In this document: piece after piece, positions 50,915 to 53,950 of the stretch
Numbering within the stretch: the stretch's first letter is position 1
Layout of the letters: every line of letters starts with the position of its first letter
DNA from: Bacteroidales bacterium
GTDB taxonomy: Bacteria > Bacteroidota > Bacteroidia > Bacteroidales > WCHB1-69
Direction of reading: 5' to 3'
NCBI GenBank assembly: GCA_016281255.1
Contig: JAEEIG010000170.1
Location: 1 to 53,950 of the forward strand
Length of the DNA: 53,950 bases
Notes under the pieces: generated by a model
The model's database searches: none
The model's input: the letters and a program-made list of their open reading frames with translations, nothing else
What the model was told of the DNA's origin: nothing
Position numbers and translations under genes: made by a program

Positions 50915-51700
50915 TTACCAGACCGATTCCCAATCTTCCGCCTCCCTCACGGACTTATCCCGCTGGAACTCCAACAGTTTCGCATATTTCAGAAAGCTGT
51001 TGTGGGCGACAGCACGGGAGAGCACATAGCCGTCGAGACCGCCGAGAATGCCGCCCCGGAAGAAGTAGTTGCTGACGAACGCCGCCAGTCCGTGCAGGAA
51101 TGGCGAGAAGGCGTTGGCCTTTTTCCCTTGCAGATAGAGGATTTTCGCGCCGCGGGAACTGTAGTTGCGCTCGGGCTTCGCAAACAGACTGTCGTAGTTC
51201 TTGTAACGGTAATGGATAATGTCGGCCTTGAGCCGTTGCGTGTTCTTCTCGGGCACGAACGCGTGCTGCTTTCGGTCGAGGAAGCGCAGCTTGTCCTTGC
51301 GATAGAGCCGCACGAGCCAGTCGGGGTACCAGTTGCAGGCCTTCACCCACCGGTCTCCGATGTAGTTGCGCCGACGGATAGCAAAACCGTCGTATGGAGT
51401 ATGCTCCAAATCAAGCTGTTGGATGGCCGCCACGAGCTCGTCAGTGAGCCGCTCGTCGGCATCGAGACTGAGCACCCAATCGTTCTTGGCGTGCTCCAAT
51501 GGCAGGTTCTTCTGCGGGCCGTCGCCGATGTAAGGGTGCACGAAGACGCGCGCGCCGGCTTTTTCCGCTAACGCCACGGTGTCATCCTTGCTGCAGGAGT
51601 CGGTGACGATGACCTCGTCGCACACGCGCTGCAACGAGCGGATGCAGGCTTCGATGTTTTTCGATTCGTTAAGGGTGGTGATGATGCCGGTGATCTCCAT
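50915..51700 (-). CDS. GT2 glycosyltransferase (WaaE/KdtX-like beta-1,4-glucosyltransferase group)
   Basis: IITTLNE, DSCSKDDT, WVLSLDADE, WYPD..VRL, GGILGGLDG, FLKYAKL. Confidence 0.88.
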   Translation of the reverse strand: MEITGIITTLNESKNIEACIRSLQRVCDEVIVTDSCSKDDTVALAEKAGARVFVHPYIGDGPQKNLPLEHAKNDWVLSLDADERLTDELVAAIQQLDLEHTPYDGFAIRRRNYIGDRWVKACNWYPDWLVRLYRKDKLRFLDRKQHAFVPEKNTQRLKADIIHYRYKNYDSLFAKPERNYSSRGAKILYLQGKKANAFSPFLHGLAAFVSNYFFRGGILGGLDGYVLSRAVAHNSFLKYAKLLEFQRDKSVREAEDWESVW

Positions 51701-51746
51701 TTCAAACTGCACTTGGGTTTCCGCGGCAAAAATACAAAAAATTAGT

Positions 51747-51937
51747 TTCAGGATTCAGGATTCAAGATTCAGGATTCAGGACAGGGCTTTCGCATCCATG
51801 TTTTTATTTGGGCGAGCCGGCGCGGCGGGAGCCGATGCGATGTGGCCGAAACCGCGTCTCTCAGGTGTTTGGGCAAGTTGGTACGCAAGCCCTATAACTC
51901 CATTCACTATTCACTATTCACTATTCACTATTCACTA
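51747..51937. repeat. Two heptamer arrays (TTCAGGA x5 and TTCACTA x5) flanking a 111-bp GC-rich segment with inverted ends
   Basis: 51747-51781 TTCAGGA x5 (one unit TTCAAGA); 51903-51937 TTCACTA x5; core AGGGCTT (51783-51789) ... AAGCCCT (51887-51893). Confidence 0.85.
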
Positions 51938-51976
51938 AAAATCGTATTTTTGCCGCTTGATAAAATCATCCTAAAT

Positions 51977-52291
51977 ATGAAAAAAATCATTGCCTCCGCC
52001 TTTGTCGTGACCATTCTCGCCCTCTTTGCGGCGGGCTGCACCAACTATGTAAATTGTACCTGCGCCTACGATCTCGAGAACGAAGTGGTAGATTCCGTGC
52101 TGTGGAACGCGGCTGGACAACCCATCTACCTCAAGTCTGACCCCATTCTCCCACAGGAGAAAACCTATATCCGTGACACAGTCTCCGCCACAGGAGACTG
52201 CTCTTCATTAAACTATTACGATCCTATCGGCACCGAATATCCGAATGTCGGTCTCCGGCTTCACGCCATCGTGAACTGCTGGGAGAAGTAA
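51977..52291 (+). CDS. Small Cys-containing lipoprotein
   Basis: Lipobox FAAG-C; CTC...C...C pattern; -7 box at 51945-51952. Confidence 0.75.
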   Translation: MKKIIASAFVVTILALFAAGCTNYVNCTCAYDLENEVVDSVLWNAAGQPIYLKSDPILPQEKTYIRDTVSATGDCSSLNYYDPIGTEYPNVGLRLHAIVNCWEK

Positions 52292-52506
52292 CGCCAATCC
52301 CGCCACTTCGATCTGGTGACTGGTTCGCGTTACTGTTTGTCGATTTTCTGCGAAATTTATTAAATTATTTTAATTAATTTCAAATCAATTAGTTAAAATA
52401 ATTTTATAACACATTGTTATTCAAGACAAAACAAAAAATTTCAAAACCCTTGACAAAGCTGTTTTTTCATTGTATATTTGCCGTACAATTTTTAACCTTT
52501 GAAAGT

Positions 52507-53397
52507 ATGGAAAATATTACACAAACAGCCGTCCCGGAATGGGACACCTTGATTAAAACCGCACAAGACACCAACCTGGTGGTCAAGGAGACGAATCAAT
52601 TAACCCGAATGCTCCGCGAAGAGCAACGCAAAGAATTCACTGCGATGAAAGAGGACCAGCGACAGCAGAAGGATGACTTCCGGAAAGAGATGAATGACAT
52701 AACAGAAGCGCAGGAGAGTAGAATCCAGAGACTTCGCGATTATGACCAATTCCTTACTCGTTGGAGGGAAGATTCCCGCCGTGACATGGCAGAACATCGA
52801 GAACGGATGAAAGAGATAGACAAGCGGTTGGACAGAATCAGCAAGATGCAGGTAGAGGATAGAATGCAACAACAGGAGAATGGCAGATTGCAAAAGGAAA
52901 CGGAAAGGCTGCAAAAGGAAACTTTCGCCCAGATGAAGGAGACCGACAAGAAAATCAAAGAATTGGCCACACGGTTTTCAACCACTACTGGCAACATTAT
53001 TGAGGGGCTGATGAGTTCTTCAGCCACCGAAATGTTCCAAAGAGCCGGCTACGACATGCACAGCAAAGCCAAAAACGTGTCCCGGAAGTCCAAGAACCCC
53101 AACGAAGGCATGGAGGTTGACGTGATCCTGCACAATGACACCTCCGCAATCGCCATTGAGGTCAAAGCAAGTTGCGGGAAAGGCGACATCGACCGTTTCC
53201 TGCACCAGATGGAAAAGTTTAAAAGATTATTCCCTCTTTATGCGGACAAAGAGGTATTGGTGGCCATCGCCGCCATCAACTATGAAAACGATGCTGACAA
53301 CTACGCACACAGGTGCGGCCTCATTGTGGTACGCACCGACAGTTACAACTTTTTCAGCGTTGACCCTTGCGAAAAGGGGAAATTACTGAGATTCTGA
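52507..53397 (+). CDS. Coiled-coil + PD-(D/E)xK nuclease-fold protein (DUF3782-like)
   Basis: Long charged coiled coil, then GNIIEG, MEVDVIL, AIEVK, DIDRF motifs. Confidence 0.75.
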   Translation: MENITQTAVPEWDTLIKTAQDTNLVVKETNQLTRMLREEQRKEFTAMKEDQRQQKDDFRKEMNDITEAQESRIQRLRDYDQFLTRWREDSRRDMAEHRERMKEIDKRLDRISKMQVEDRMQQQENGRLQKETERLQKETFAQMKETDKKIKELATRFSTTTGNIIEGLMSSSATEMFQRAGYDMHSKAKNVSRKSKNPNEGMEVDVILHNDTSAIAIEVKASCGKGDIDRFLHQMEKFKRLFPLYADKEVLVAIAAINYENDADNYAHRCGLIVVRTDSYNFFSVDPCEKGKLLRF

Positions 53398-53400
53398 GCC

Positions 53401-53950
53401 TTAGAAGAACTGGGCAATCTCCTCCAATGGACGGTGTGTGGGCTGTCTCGGCTCGCCGGCCCTGTAACCTAAGGAGATGACTGCCATGACGGCTTCGTTT
53501 TCGGGGATATTGAAAAGTTCCCGCAGCTTTTCGGAGTCACGCATGCCCATGATGAGAGTGTCGAAACCCTTGGCTCGAGCCACAAGGATGAAATAAGCAT
53601 TGCTCAGACCGTTGTCGTAGGCGCCCCAGCCATCACCCACCTCGTTGGTCTGGTTGCCGTTGAAGAAGCCCGACTTGCCCTTCTCGTAGGTGGAGACGAT
53701 CAATACGGGGGCTCCGGCGATGTTCTGCTTGTTGCGCTCGCCTACCAATTCCTGCACGGCCGCCACCTTTTCAGGGCTCATGGCCACATAGTATTTCGAG
53801 GGTTGTTGGTTTGCCCAATAGGGTGCCTCTTGCGTGGCGATGAGTAGCTCGCGCACCTCAGCCTCGCTGATGGTCTTGGTGGAGTCGTAGTGACGCACAC
53901 TCCTGCGGTTTTTCAGCACCTCCTCGAAAGAAACAGCAGCGCAGGTCTCT
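53401..53950 (-). CDS. Nitroreductase family protein, 5' end truncated by the window
   Basis: RRSVRHY, AP..ANQQP, GFDTLIMG, VISLGY. The frame stays open to the window edge (ETCAAVSFEEVLKNRRS). Confidence 0.9.
   Translation of the reverse strand, partial: ETCAAVSFEEVLKNRRSVRHYDSTKTISEAEVRELLIATQEAPYWANQQPSKYYVAMSPEKVAAVQELVGERNKQNIAGAPVLIVSTYEKGKSGFFNGNQTNEVGDGWGAYDNGLSNAYFILVARAKGFDTLIMGMRDSEKLRELFNIPENEAVMAVISLGYRAGEPRQPTHRPLEEIAQFF

Noticed and set aside
52288-52333. Imperfect hairpin GTAACGC...GCGTTAC as an integron attC site
   Set aside because: Ends do not match RYYYAAC/GTTRRRY, it is a single copy, and no integrase is present; more likely a weak terminator.

Overview
A 54-kb chromosomal window from a Bacteroidota member, most likely an anaerobic Bacteroidales (inference from TAnnTTTG -7 promoter boxes, a porP-gldKLMN type IX secretion operon and T9SS cargo proteins). 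The backbone has the 5' part of the RNase P RNA gene, dnaN, tnaA, recQ, the T9SS core operon, a large uncharacterised outer-membrane protein, a transketolase C-terminal subunit, an ECF sigma/anti-sigma cluster, clostridial-type crt-hbd, priA, a nucleoside phosphorylase, a flippase/glycosyltransferase/methyltransferase group and ffh. An AT-richer accessory block (about 21.2-33.8 kb) holds most of the unusual signals. (1) A 1.5-kb transposase-free cassette with a WG-repeat gene and a broken gene is bounded by a perfect 17-bp inverted repeat built from an 8-bp tandem repeat, with related hairpins just outside each end. (2) A 2916-codon modular FN3/beta-sandwich T9SS cargo gene is interrupted by one in-frame TAG that separates the protein from its secretion signal. 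(3) An internally deleted IS4-family element sits in that gene's upstream region. (4) A divergent membrane-anchored LytTR + winged-HTH one-component regulator follows. Stacked 7-, 8- and 9-bp tandem repeats recur in several intergenic regions. I saw no CRISPR array, rRNA, tRNA, reverse transcriptase, integrase or phage genes. All assignments come from motif recognition by eye; no searches were run.
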